A stretch of 64,000 nt of DNA, from positions 7,449,409-7,513,408 of the forward strand of contig NC_069000.1 of assembly GCF_001194135.2 (NCBI RefSeq), in the 5' to 3' direction. Position numbers and translations under genes: made by a program. Of this stretch, positions 50,058 to 63,589 are shown piece after piece. Each line of letters begins with the position of its first letter. The stretch's first letter is position 1. Source of the stretch: Octopus bimaculoides. Lineage: Eukaryota. Under the pieces are notes generated by a model. The model did not search any database. It worked only from the letters and a program-made list of their open reading frames with translations, and was not told where the DNA came from.

Positions 50058-50646
50058 NNNNNNNNNNNNNNNNNNNNNNNNNNNNNNNNNNNNNNNNNNN
50101 NNNNNNNNNNNNNNNNNNNNNNNNNNNNNNNNNNNNNNNNNNNNNNNNNNNNNNNNNNNNNNNNNNNNNNNNNNNNNNNNNNNNNNNNNNNNNNNNNNNN
50201 NNNNNNNNNNNNNNNNNNNNNNNNNNNNNNNNNNNNNNNNNNNNNNNNNNNNNNNNNNNNNNNNNNNNNNNNNNNNNNNNNNNNNNNNNNNNNNNNNNNN
50301 NNNNNNNNNNNNNNNNNNNNNNNNNNNNNNNNNNNNNNNNNNNNNNNNNNNNNNNNNNNNNNNNNNNNNNNNNNNNNNNNNNNNNNNNNNNNNNNNNNNN
50401 NNNNNNNNNNNNNNNNNNNNNNNNNNNNNNNNNNNNNNNNNNNNNNNNNNNNNNNNNNNNNNNNNNNNNNNNNNNNNNNNNNNNNNNNNNNNNNNNNNNN
50501 NNNNNNNNNNNNNNNNNNNNNNNNNNNNNNNNNNNNNNNNNNNNNNNNNNNNNNNNNNNNNNNNNNNNNNNNNNNNNNNNNNNNNNNNNNNNNNNNNNNN
50601 NNNNNNNNNNNNNNNNNNNNNNNNNNNNNNNNNNNNNNNNNNNNNN
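50058..50646. other. Assembly gap between (TA)n tracts
   Basis: N run. Confidence 1.
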
Positions 50647-50695
<49 letters not shown>

Positions 50696-53600
50696 TACAC
50701 ATGGCATTCATGCATAAGTATATGTGCGTGTTTAACCACATGAGAAAATAAATGTTAATTATATTATTGCCCATTGCACCAATGTCAGATCTAAAATACT
50801 TCCTTCTCGCAAGTAATGCTGGTATTATTAGGGTTGGGGCGAATGTAGAAGAGGTGGCGAACATTGATGGGCATAAGGAAATAATTAGTTCTACAGAACA
50901 AAATTCAAATCGCGATCACTAATTGGAAAGTAGGAACAGTAGGGTTATACCTAAATATATGTCACCTTTTGGAATTGTGTTTTTGGAAAGATGTGTGTGT
51001 GTGCATTGCTTATTTGTAACCCCAGGCCAGCTCCGAGATAGTAAACCCATGATCAAAGTCATTCTAGTCATGACCATCCCATCTTTTTTTGCAGGAATTC
51101 TCCATCTATAACTATATTATTCAATATTTTCGCTTGTGTTAATCCGATAGTGCGTACATTAAGGGAGATTTGGTTGCTATTTTTAGTATGTCGACTGACC
51201 AGGTAGACATTTCCACGTGTTGTTGTTGTATTAGCTATGGTTCATTAATGTTTATTAGATAAATATCTGAACTCCCGTCAATCAACTGTAGCAGTCGCTA
51301 AAAATCTGCCCACCCACGCATATCTTGTGAAGCCGCCGCTGCAACGATACACCGCACCGTTGCCTTACTACTCTGTGTGTGTATATGTATGTTGCTGTAT
51401 ATATATATATTATATATATATATATATATATATGTATATGTATGTATATATACACACATATACACTGCACCTAATTCTCTTGCATGCCTTTGGTACCCTC
51501 TACAATTTATACAATCAACTATAAACGTATTTCGTTCAATAAAGCTCACTTTAAATAGACGCAGACACATACACACACGCACGGTCTTTTATTTTCATGG
51601 CTGACGACCCCTCCTCCTAAAAGTATCCCATTTCACAATAACGTGACAGCGAACCAACCACTTGTAAATTCTCTCCTGCCTCTCTTATTTGCCCCTCGCT
51701 ATCTCAGTGCCCCTCCCTCTGCCCCTACATCGTCCCAGATTATCAGTTCCCACTGTCAGAAGTGGGGATCACAATATTTGTGAAATGTCTACTGCAGCTC
51801 CCATCTTCTGGTCTTCACACACACACAAACACACTCTATCTCTTTGTGGTGTGTATTATGTAAATATCTGTCATATAATAGGGAAAAGTCACCTGACTTG
51901 GTCTTGTGTCTAATATCCGTCAACAAGTTCATATACTTATCACTAATCACGGTAAACGCACACAGCTACATACTCAATATTATTTCTCTCTCACACATAC
52001 ATACGTACAGACTTACACACACACATGCAAGTTTTTGTGTATATGTATATGTGCTTGTGTGTTTGTTTGTGTATACACACACAACACAACTTTTTTGTCT
52101 GTTTTGCTTACGTAGCAGTGGTTAACACCATTCACACCCTTCCGCTTCAACTCTGCAGTTAAAAAAAAAAAAAGGTCCCTCTTCCGTCTTAACTACAGCT
52201 AAAACAGATCTGGAGAGGGATTAACAGCAGACGTTGTGGCATGGTTCCAACGACTGAAGACACTCGCTGTTCAGTGATGTAGCACTTAAAACTAAACAAT
52301 ATCTAATCAATGCTGAAGTCAATATTGACAGTGAACTGTTTAAAAATGTTAATGGATTGATTTTGATTTGTTGAGAGATACTTCTAGTTGCAGCAATTCT
52401 TGGATTGATAGATGAGTTTGTTTTTAAGCCTGAAATTGATCTAGAGTTGCCTCCTATACTTGTCAAAATAATTAAAGCAATACTCATTGACTTATATTGT
52501 TATTTTTTTAAATCATAGCACAGTTAATTTTTATTAACTTTATCTACATTAAATATGCTAGCACTAACTGACCTCACTATCCAGCTTTCTGTGGATTCAA
52601 CACTGCCGTTGTTGGTCCACACTCTTCATTACTACACATCTCCACTACCACATGCACCACATGTCCTCCCTGCTACAGTATTATACTGCTTCACATATCC
52701 TCCTTATCTCACTGTGTTCCCATACCACACATGACCTCACCACTACACTACATGTAATATTTGATGTTTATCAAGCTGAGGGCCTCAACTTTACCACCTC
52801 CTTGTGGAGCTGAGTTGCTGACCCAATGCCATGTCCTGTGAAACCTAACTATGGAACTATAAACCTCACCATCAACACCTTTACATCTATGAGTCTTTCG
52901 CAGTCTCTCCTTCCTTGCCCTTTCATTCTGCTACAACTGTTTAAGTATTATTAATCTATTAGCTTTCAGATATTAATCTACTTGACTTTTGATTCTTTTG
53001 CAAACTGTTTACAGTATCTAGTAATGTTTACCACCACAACCACCACCTCCTCTTATCTCACTTCCAGTCTCTCTCCTTTCTCTACCACCTTCCCCACCTA
53101 CTGTTTTCTGTTTCTGTTTTACCATTGTTTTATGTTCACTATGTAAATATTTATCCCCCCATTTTACACACACACAGACACACACAAACAAACATGCACA
53201 TACTTTTTCATCTCTTATTTTTAATTTGCGAGTTAAAAAGGCGACTAAGAGCTGAAAGTTGCATTGATAAGTGCCATGCGTGAAACTGTTGGTCAATTAA
53301 TCACTTTTGTAACTTTCTGCCAATTAAAAATAGAAGATGAAACAATGTATATTCATTGAGTTTTTCTCCTACTTGTTCTACCAAGTCTATATATATATAT
53401 ATATATATATAAAATCATACATGCATACATCAATCCTAACCTTTAAATATTTAATACTTATTTTAATTGTTATTTTGTCTGTAATTGCAGTTTTTCACTC
53501 TGTAATTAATGGTTTTCTATATTTACTTTTGGTTTCATTATCATCATCATCTTTAATAAAATATGACCAAGTAATTATTTGTCTCCATCCTTTTACTTAA

Positions 53601-54747
53601 TATTTGGTTCAAAACAGTATTTGTTGACACTAAAAAAACAATTTGAAGGCTACAATTAGTTGTACTCTCTTGTAATTATACTGTTAGTTGGGGGAAGGTT
53701 GGTGTGAAGTTTGTGTGTGATAGGATGGTATCATAAGCACTTTAATTTTGTAGATGATTTTTGCCTTTCATCGTTTCAGGGTTGATAGAACAAGTACTGG
53801 TTGAGCACTGGGGGTTGATGTAATTGATTAGCCTGGTTCTCCGTCAGTTATGATGACAAGTTCTGATTGATTCGATCAAAGGAACAGCCTGCTCGTGAAA
53901 TTAACATGAGCACTGCACAGACATGTGTGCCCCTTAATGTAGTTCTCAGGGAGATTCAGTATGACAGAGAATGTGACAAGGCTGGTCCCTTTTGAATTAT
54001 AGGTACAACTCACTTTTGCCAGCTGAGTGAACTGGAGCAATGTGAAATAAAGTGTCCTGCTGAAGGACACAATGCATTGCTAGGACTTAAGCGCATGGCC
54101 TTACAATCATGAGCTGGATACCTGAACCACTGAGCCACATGCCTTCACTAATTAATTTACTCCTCCCTTAAAATTGCTGGCCTTGTGCCAAAATCTGAAA
54201 CAGTTATAGTCACAAGCATGTGATTAAGAGGTTCATTTTGAGACCACATGGTTGTGTTTGATCTTGGCAAGTGCTTTCCTACTGTGGTCTTTAGTTCACC
54301 AATGCTTTTTGAGAGCAATTTACTGGGCAAAAATATGTATTGAAACCTGTTGTGTGTGTGTGTGTGTATGTATAATGTATGTATCTCTGTCTGTTTAATG
54401 GTATGTTGAGTTGCATCTTTTTGTCATAAAGGCAACTTAGAGGTTTAAAAAGATTGATAAAATATGTACTACAGTGGACATGACTAAATATTCGAAGGCA
54501 GTGTCATAGTATGGTCACAGTACAGTAACTGAAACCAATGGAAGATGCAAATGCAGTGATGTTCTATGTAGCAGTTTATATTTTTGAAAGGGGTGTATAT
54601 TTGTAATTTCAAAATTCACTGGTCTTTAGTTTTTGACATACCTGACTGGGTTTCAGGGCACACACTTCATGGTATTATATTACTGAACTAACTGTTCAAA
54701 GGACAGACATTAAACATTTATCTCACATCAAACAGAAATCTGTGTTA

Positions 54748-54788
<41 letters not shown>

Positions 54789-57700
54789 TTCTCCAGTGTG
54801 TGTGTGTATGGGTGCTTAGTAACTGATAAAGTTACTTATACAGTATTTTGAGTAATACATACTGTAATTATTTTATGATAATAATTGTTTCAAATTCTGA
54901 AACAAGGCCCGCAATTTTAAAGGGAGGGGGATACTTGATTATGTCAACCCCAATACTTGACTGGTACTTTTTTTTTTTATTGAACCTGAAAAGATGAAAG
55001 GTAAAGTTGACCTCAGTAGGTTTTGAACTCGGAACATAAAGAGCCAGAAAAAATGCTGTTAAGCATTTTGTCTGATAAACTAATGATTTTAGTAGCTTGC
55101 TGCCTTAATAATTGGAACTCTGTCCATTCGACGATAAATATTCCAGTTGATCTGATCAACAGAACAGCCTGCTCATGAAATTAGCATGCAAGTGGTTGAG
55201 CACTCCACAGACATGCATATCCTTAATGTAGGTATAGTTCTCAGGAAGATTCAGCATGACACAGAATGCAACAAGCCTGACCCTTTGAATTACAGGTACA
55301 ACACATTTTTTTCCATCTGAGTGGACTGAAGCAACGTCATATATTATCGACCTTGGAAGGATGAAAAGGCAAAGTTGACAAAATATTGTTGTGTCATGGA
55401 ACTTCAAGTTTACACTAGTTTTAACTCTTATCTTTAAATGTTCAAATTCTGTGAGCTCCTCCTCCTTCACCTCCTTTTCTTCATCACCACCACCATCATT
55501 GTAGAATGACATGTTTATTATAGTTTTATGGGATTCTAAAATAAGGAAGACATTAGCACTGGTTTCCCTCAAGAGCAGAACTATATAAATGAGAAAAGAA
55601 CTGTTACTTTTACCTCTCATATTCCTGATAGTGAAGCACCTTCATCCTTTAAAAGCCAATATATATATAATTTTTACTTACCTTGTTGTTTAGCTCGAGA
55701 TCTGCCTTGGTCCAGAAGACTTATGATCAAAACATTCCTGTTGAAATTATCTTTTTGTTTATCTATATTGGTCAATGTGTATATAGTTTTTTTCTTTTTT
55801 AAGATATTATATAGTTTGTGGAAAATTTGGCTGCACTTTCTAGCATGTCAAGCACGCCACATAGAGGTTTCTTTGTTGATTTATCACAACTAATTAACAT
55901 TAATGGTGGTAGGAAGAGAGTTTCAGAGGGTTGGCCTTATGGATAGGAAGAATTTGCAGGATGACAGTGGGTAGTGTGAGACTTAGGAGTAAAAAACAAA
56001 TAGTGAGTGAAGGGGTCGGAGGATTCAGATGTAATGAGAAGAGCTATTCTAATTTCCACTGATTATACAAGTCTTTGAGTCTATATGGTGGAAATACCCA
56101 TCAGAAGAATTATAAGGGATTCCAGTTACCACTAATTCTAGAAATCTTTTTGACCTGTCTGATGGAGGTGTCCATGAGAAGATTTATCTTTCATTCCAAT
56201 TAACATCAAATCTTGTGAAGTCTTTTGTAGAAGAACTATCTTTACTTTGTACTCCAGCTGGGCTCCTGGTAACCATAGAATTGAACAGTTTCTGATAAAA
56301 CCTCATTAAATACCAATCTCACCAGATAAAAACTACCAAATAAAGCTTTTAATTAATGATTCTTTGTCAGATATGTATATATATGCACAAGGTCAGATAT
56401 GTATATATATGAAGGGTCCAGTTGATTAAATTGACCTTAGTTTATTACTGGTACATATCATAATGGGATTTCAGCTAGAAATACAGAAAAAGGATCCTGA
56501 AAGACATTTAGTTTGGTTGTCTTTTTCTACCAGTCAATATCCTTGAAATTCTTTCAGTCTTTGGATTCACATGTCACAGTCTCAGGCATATCTGTTATTT
56601 TTTACCAGTTCTTCACTTAATTATAGTCACAGCATAGTTTATGGCAAGTAAAAGATGTAAATCATGAAACAAATTTACCAATAAATTTGGCAGTAATTTT
56701 TCAGTAAAGGCCTACTGAGAAATATCTTTCAAATGTGTTAAGTTTTATGTAGACACACGTCCTAGATCTTTCTCTGTGACAAACCTCGCATCAGATTTCA
56801 ATTTAAGAATGTCACAGAAGCTGTTATGTTAAAGCAGATCTTCATACAAAAAACACACACCATAAAATGGAGCATCTGACAGGTTTAATCAATGACTAAA
56901 ATTTACAAGTCATTGTCTTAAACTTTATTATTTTCTATACTTGTACCTACTGCATATGTGACCTTAACCCAACCCATATTACACCAAACTATTTTATATT
57001 ATCACACTATTATACATTGGTATTTGAAGTGGTATACTGTATCAGTGTGTGTGTGTGTGTGTAATGGCTCACTCCAAAATTATGTGATTAGTTATTTCTA
57101 AGTACAGTGTTGACAAAAGAATGATTGGAAATAACATGGAGTTCATGGGTGTGTAATTAATATCATCAAAACTCTTCTAGCTGAAGTATAACAGGTTAAA
57201 TAATTGGAAGCAAACAAAATATAACATGTTAAAAACAATAATAATAATAATAAAAAGAATGAAGATGATGATATATTCTTGTTCAATTTGAATATAAACT
57301 TTACAAATATATGTCAACAAATGAAGACAGTCTTTCATTCTAGATCAATTCCTCTCCCTCTCTACACCCTTTACATACATACACACCTGAAAACAGGTTC
57401 CTATAAACATTTCAGTCTAGGAGTGAGCAACTAACACATTCTTGGACTGAGCTAACTACTCCCATAATCCTTGGTCTTGCTTCATCTGGCTCTTTACATA
57501 TACAAATAGGTTATTTTCTTTGTAAATATCCTCTTGCCTACATTAAAACATTGAATACTTTTAGACATGACCAATATTTTACTAACCTTTACAGATAAGA
57601 AACTATGATTCTACTCTGTGTACCTTAATTCAACATTTCTGATTTAAAAAAATTTCATTTCACATTGTATTTCACTTGGCCAGTCACCTTGTTGATACAC

Positions 57701-60211
57701 TGTCTTGCCTTATCTCAAGTTTTTTTTTCTTATTTTACCATGAGGTCTCTTCTTTATTTGGCCCCATTTTGATTTTTTAGTCTGAAAGTAGTTCAGGGTA
57801 TAGCTGTATTTGTTTATCTATTTCCCTATATGTATATATGCATGTGTGTATGTATTCTAAATCTTCCTGTGTATATATTTTTATGTAGAACTACCCCAAT
57901 CATTTGCATTTTTTCCTATTTTTTGTATTATATTTTCCTCGTACTTTCATGATAGTTTAGACCCAATTTTTCTGACTTCTTCCCCACCACACATACATAT
58001 ATGTTAATTTGGTGACCAATAAGAAAGAACCCAATAATACAGAGTAAAGAGACAAGGTTTTTATTGACTTCTGACACAACATGATCAGATATTATGACTC
58101 TTATCTTTCAGAAGAGACAAGAGTCAAGAGTTATAATATCTGCTGAGTGGTTGGAAGGGTATCCAACTGTAAAAATCCTACCAAAACAGTCACAGAAGTC
58201 TGGTGCAGGCTTCTGCCTAGCCGGCTCTTGTGAAATCGTCCCACCCATGCTAGCATGGAAGGTGGATGTTAAACAACGATGACAATGATGATGATGATGA
58301 TGTGGTGTCTGAAGACAATCAACATCCAGTTTGTGTGTGTGTGCAGGCAATTTTCTGTTGCTACCCACTATTAAACAGGTGCTCAAGCAATTAAACTATT
58401 CACACACCAAAGTTCCTTTGCTTTCTAATCTAACCTTTATTCTACCTGGTCTCTCTTTTCATCCATTGGGCTGAATATTCCTCTCTGCCATTTTCTCTTT
58501 TGTCACTTAAATCCACTGATATAGAAGCAAAAATTTAATCCTATTCTTTTAATTCTATCCTAGTGGTATTTATTTTTGTGTTGCCACTATAATTGTTATA
58601 ATATGTGTGTGTGTAATTTCACTTGTTAATTTCCATAGATGGGATTATTCTATATGAGGTATCTACTGGCTACTTTTCTAAAATTTGTTCTTCAATTTCC
58701 AATCTATATCTGACCCTTAGACTTTCAAACTAAACAAACATTTAAACAGTCACACTTTCAGATTTAACACTACCTATTATTTCTTTCATATTTTCACACT
58801 GTTTCTGTTAAGCTTTTCCCCTCTCCTTGTTTTCCTTCCTTCCTTCTATCCTGTATTATTAATTCACCTATAAGATTTTTCCCATTAGCTCTATAAAAAA
58901 AAAAATAATAATAATAATAATTGAAAGAAATTTGTAAGCTGATTTATCTAAATATTAAAGATTCCACTTTTCAAGTATTGAGTTCTTTATCTACACTTGT
59001 TCCCATGAACAAGTACATCATGTCGGTGTGTATGTGCATATATACATATGCATATGTGTGTATATATATATAGATAGTATATATGTGTATAAGTACTGTC
59101 ATTACTACATCATTTTCGCCATTAACACATGGTGGATTAAGCCTGCCTAGATTATTGATAATTACTTATAATCTCTTTATTTCACGTGCATTAGTGTTCT
59201 TGTTATTAATATAGTGGACTTCAGACCTAGCATATTCCAAACTACTCCTAGTCATCTCTGTTTACCCTCTAAAATAGCACCACTATTGTTTTATGGGTAG
59301 TAAGTCACCATACTCCAACAAGTTATGCAAATCTGAGACAGTGGGGAATCATCTATGTGGTTACTTGTGCTGCTAGATATAGAAGCCAAATATCTCTCAA
59401 ATCATAGCTAGTACATTTTAGATCATAGGTATGCTGTGTCAGGACTGATCTGGTCTCTAAACATCAACAAAAGCCTGAATACTTGTTGGACAACTGACTA
59501 CAGCTATTGGGATTTGTTCCTGAATGACAACTGTTTGATCCAGTTTGTATGACTGAACCAAACATACATGTTTTAGTGTAAAGTTACTAGGAATATGTAT
59601 TGCCTCTTAGGTTCTCTGTTACTTGCAGAAATTATTGTCTTGTCTCTATGACTGAGTTTGTCATAATCAGTGATGGGAAAGTTCAATCTGTTTCCAACAA
59701 TTGCCTCCAGATTATGTAAGCTGTTCTCTTTTCACCTGCTGTAGAATTAATAAAACAACAACTTACACCTATTTCAGGAAATTTAGGCTTTGTGTAAATT
59801 ACACATTCTGTTTTAAATTAGACATTTACACGAGAATGTCCATCTATTATTCTCCAGCTTTTGTCAAGTCCTCTTTACTGCTTCTTTGTGTATTATATTC
59901 TAGCGTCTACATTTCAGTTACCTGTATAATCAAACCGGGGACCAGCTGAAAGCATTTTCTTTTATTTCAATGCTTACTTTCCAATTTACTAGCTTATTCC
60001 ACTGTCAATAGTCTGTCAATGGCTTATAATTCTACCAGCTGTTGCAGACACTTATGGCTGTTTATTCTGGCATAAATGACCAATTTGCTGTCTAATTGTT
60101 GATGCAAGCAGTTCCATTTACCCACAGCTGAATATATTTCATGTATTTCAGCAATTTTAGATAAATGAATAACTTAATACAAAACATGCATACATACACA
60201 TGCATGCATGT

Positions 60212-60250
<39 letters not shown>

Positions 60251-60821
60251 GCTACTCGCTACATGCAACACTGCTTCAAGTATTATTTTTTCTTTTAGAT
60301 TTCCTTTTTTTTTATAATTTCAAAATAAGCTTACTTTTGTTCTTTTATTCTTGGTAAAAGTATTGTGAAAATTCATTTACTTCAAAGTATGCTCCATTTT
60401 ATTACAGGACTTACCAATATTATTGGTACAATTCTTCTCCTCCTAGAGACAATGGTTATTGTTTTTGCTATAGGTAGGAGTGCCATATTAAATATCTTGC
60501 AGTATTTAGTTGTTGTTTAGCCCCAGGTCAGTCTTCACTGAGTAAAACTCTGATCAAAAGAATTCCAACTGCAATTGTAAAATTTATTTTATTCACTCGT
60601 AGTGGATTTACAACTACATTATCCAATATCTTTCTGCCTTTACTACATAGGATACGAGGGAAACTTGTTTGCTCTGTTACTAGCTTCAGTAACCACGTTT
60701 TGTAAAACTTTTTCTTTGTTTTACATTAAAATCCTGCAGCAGTCAACTTTACATTTTTATCCTTCTATAAGATTTCAACAAAACAAAAGGCCTAATTTTT
60801 TGACATGTGTCTAAATTAAAA

Positions 60822-61671
60822 GGCTCATGTGCGGGCGACACATGAAATCTTTCAAGCGGGATCGTTGCCAGTGCCCCTGGACTGGCTCATGTGCGGGCGA
60901 CACGTGATAACTTTCGAGCGAGACCGTTGCCAGTGCCCCTGGACTGGCTCTTGTGCGGGTGACACATGAAATGTTTCGAGCGGGATCGTTTGCCAGTGCC
61001 CCCGGACTGGCCCATGTGCGGGCGACACATGANNNNNNNNNNNNNNNNNNNNNNNNNNNNNNNNNNNNNNNNNNNNNNNNNNNNNNNNNNNNNNNNNNNN
61101 NNNNNNNNNNNNNNNNNNNNNNNNNNNNNNNNNNNNNNNNNNNNNNNNNNNNNNNNNNNNNNNNNNNNNNNNNNNNNNNNNNNNNNNNNNNNNNNNNNNN
61201 NNNNNNNNNNNNNNNNNNNNNNNNNNNNNNNNNNNNNNNNNNNNNNNNNNNNNNNNNNNNNNNNNNNNNNNNNNNNNNNNNNNNNNNNNNNNNNNNNNNN
61301 NNNNNNNNNNNNNNNNNNNNNNNNNNNNNNNNNNNNNNNNNNNNNNNNNNNNNNNNNNNNNNNNNNNNNNNNNNNNNNNNNNNNNNNNNNNNNNNNNNNN
61401 NNNNNNNNNNNNNNNNNNNNNNNNNNNNNNNNNNNNNNNNNNNNNNNNNNNNNNNNNNNNNNNNNNNNNNNNNNNNNNACGTAAAAGCACCCACTACACT
61501 CTCTGAGTGGTTGGCGTTAGGAAGGGCATCCAGCTGTAGAAACTCTGCCAAATTAGATTGGAGCCTGGTGTTGCCATCCGGTTTCACCAGTCCTCAGTCA
61601 AATCGTCCAACCCATGCTAGCATGGAAGGCGGACGTTAAACGATGATGATGATGATGATGATGATGATGAT
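60822..61671 (+). mobile_element. RTE-type element: 62-63-bp tandem array, gap, intact 3' tail and (GAT)10
   Basis: Units start at 60822, 60884, 60946 and 61009; after the gap, acgtaaaagcacccactacactc...ccaacccatgctagcatggaaggcggacgttaaac(gat)n. Confidence 0.8.
61033..61478. other. Assembly gap inside tandem array
   Basis: N run. Confidence 1.
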
Positions 61672-61796
61672 CTTAGGGTGGTGGATTGTTAGAAATGTTA
61701 AAGTGTCAGAAAAAAAATTCCTTGCTCTTTATATTCTGAATTCACATTCTACTAGGGTCAACTTTACTGTCCATCCTCTTGGGGTTGATAAATTAA

Positions 61797-62015
61797 TCCT
61801 TTATCATTTAAACCAGCCAAATCTGGCCCAAATATTCTACATGTTTTACATTCAAACTGGCCATATTTAGCCTCCCATACCTAGCTTACACTGACATTCT
61901 AAAAATAAACCATCACATCATTGAAACCTAAAAGCTATAAGATAATGCATGATTAATTCAAAACAATTTGAATAAAAAACGTATTATATTTAACAGTAAT
62001 CTGAATGCTAAAGGG
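61797..62015 (-). mobile_element. piggyBac-like MITE family A, inverted, nested in a family M SINE
   Basis: Reverse complement of 31615-31834; TTAA at 61793-61796 and 62016-62019; SINE sequence on both sides. Confidence 0.7.
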
Positions 62016-62586
62016 TTAAAGTATGAATACCTTCCCTCAAAAATTACTAGTCTTATGCCAAAATCAGAAGCCATTATTAATTATCATTATTAAGCAGTGA
62101 GGCAGTGATAATTGCAGAACACTGGACTTAATTAAGTTCTGACAAAATTAATTTTCATGTTTGCTTCTGAGATCAAATCCTGACAAAGCTGAGTTTTCTC
62201 TGTAATGCTTTATACAAATCCCCACTTCTGTTTGTTGGGTTAAGTTCTAGTCTTAAACATGTCTTTGTTGTTGATAATTTCTATTAGTGCTAAAATGTCA
62301 GAAATTTGTAAAGGTTTATGGGTGTGTAGTTGATTGAATGAAACTCAATATATAACTAGTAGTTATTTTATGAACCCCACAAGTAGGAAAGACAGAGTTG
62401 ACTTTAACATGGTTTCAATTCATAGTGTAAAGAGAAGTATTTAATAATAATAATTATTATTTTATTTATTTTTGTACTTGTCTTTCTATGAATTACTTAT
62501 TTGAATTGAAATGTTTTGTCTTGGTGTTGTGTTCAATATAACTGACCAATTGATTTCTATATTTCGCTGTAGAGAGGTAATCAATC

Positions 62587-62662
62587 ATGGATAAACTACC
62601 CAGAATTCGAGATGTTGAGAAAGAAAAGCTCTATGGCTATGTCTATGCAGTTTCAGGGCCTG
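62587..62662 (+). CDS. ATP6V1A: V-type H+-ATPase catalytic subunit A, first coding exon (gene continues beyond window)
   Basis: Acceptor ctgtag| at 62572/62573; ATG in good context (aatcATGG); MDKLPRIRDVEKEKLYGYVYAVSGP then G|gtaagt; the G.V..VSGPV motif is the V1A N-terminus; phase-1 intron. Confidence 0.9.
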
Positions 62663-63589
62663 GTAAGTTACATTTTCTTACTGCTTGTTGTTATTGATCT
62701 TTCACTCTTCCTATCAGCTTTGAATCTTGTATCTCTCCTTTTATTTCATTTCCCCTTCATCCTGTCTTTTGTCTTCAATTTTCACTACTCACTCAACTTC
62801 CTTGTTAACCTTGAAGTGTCTGTCCCACTTCTGATAGTTTCTGAGATGGTAATGTCTAAACTGTAAGTCACTAAATTAATCTGTTCTCAACCACCCACTC
62901 AATTGATTTACTCTTCTACTACTATCTCCCCCCCCCCACCCTCTAGCTCCTCAATCAACTGAGTCTGGTACATTTCAAGGTCATGCTACGCTGTCTCTTG
63001 ACCTTGATCACTCTTTATTCTCTGGGCTATTGTGATATTACCAATATATTGACCTTGAATGACCTTCACCTAGAAATACTTCATACCAGTGGTTCTCAAT
63101 CTTTTTAATGTCTGGGCCAGATCTAAAACCTGATCTTTTTTAGGGGGCCACATCAAAAAATGTAAAACACAAGAATGGAAAAAACTAAATCTAAATGTAA
63201 TTTGGGAAAAAACTGCGTTATTAAAATCTAAATAGAATTTGAGAAAAAGTGTTATTTTTATTTTAAAAAATCCACTTGTTTTTCCTTGATTTATTCAAAT
63301 TTATTATAGTAGTGATGGTAAAAGTAGTAATTGTTAGACAGTTTTACCAGCCACTGCAAAATTAGTTCACTGACAACAGATTTTATTGTTAAAAATCAAA
63401 ATTCCAGACAGTATTTGTTAGTTGCTGACCCTTAGTGTTAGAGTCATACAAACAAGTGTTTGTTGTTTGCTTCAATATAAGAAGTAAGTTAACAGGATAT
63501 AAAGATGTTTGAGGATCGTCTTCAGAATATTTCCAACAAACTCTTTGCTATTTCAACCACTCCTACAGTATTCCCATTACTCTTCTGTA

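Noticed and set aside
56040-56330. Possible coding relic in the ATP6V1A upstream intron
   Set aside because: Partly open frames but no recognisable motif; cannot be supported without a search.
60822-61032. CRISPR-like array (palindromic repeats with variable linkers)
   Set aside because: The linkers are homologous to each other rather than unique spacers, there are no cas genes, the context is eukaryotic, and the array continues into an RTE tail.
60822-61032. Tandem hammerhead ribozyme / retrozyme
   Set aside because: A helix followed by GAAA is present, but I find no CUGANGA core on either strand. Only an Infernal search could fully exclude a variant.
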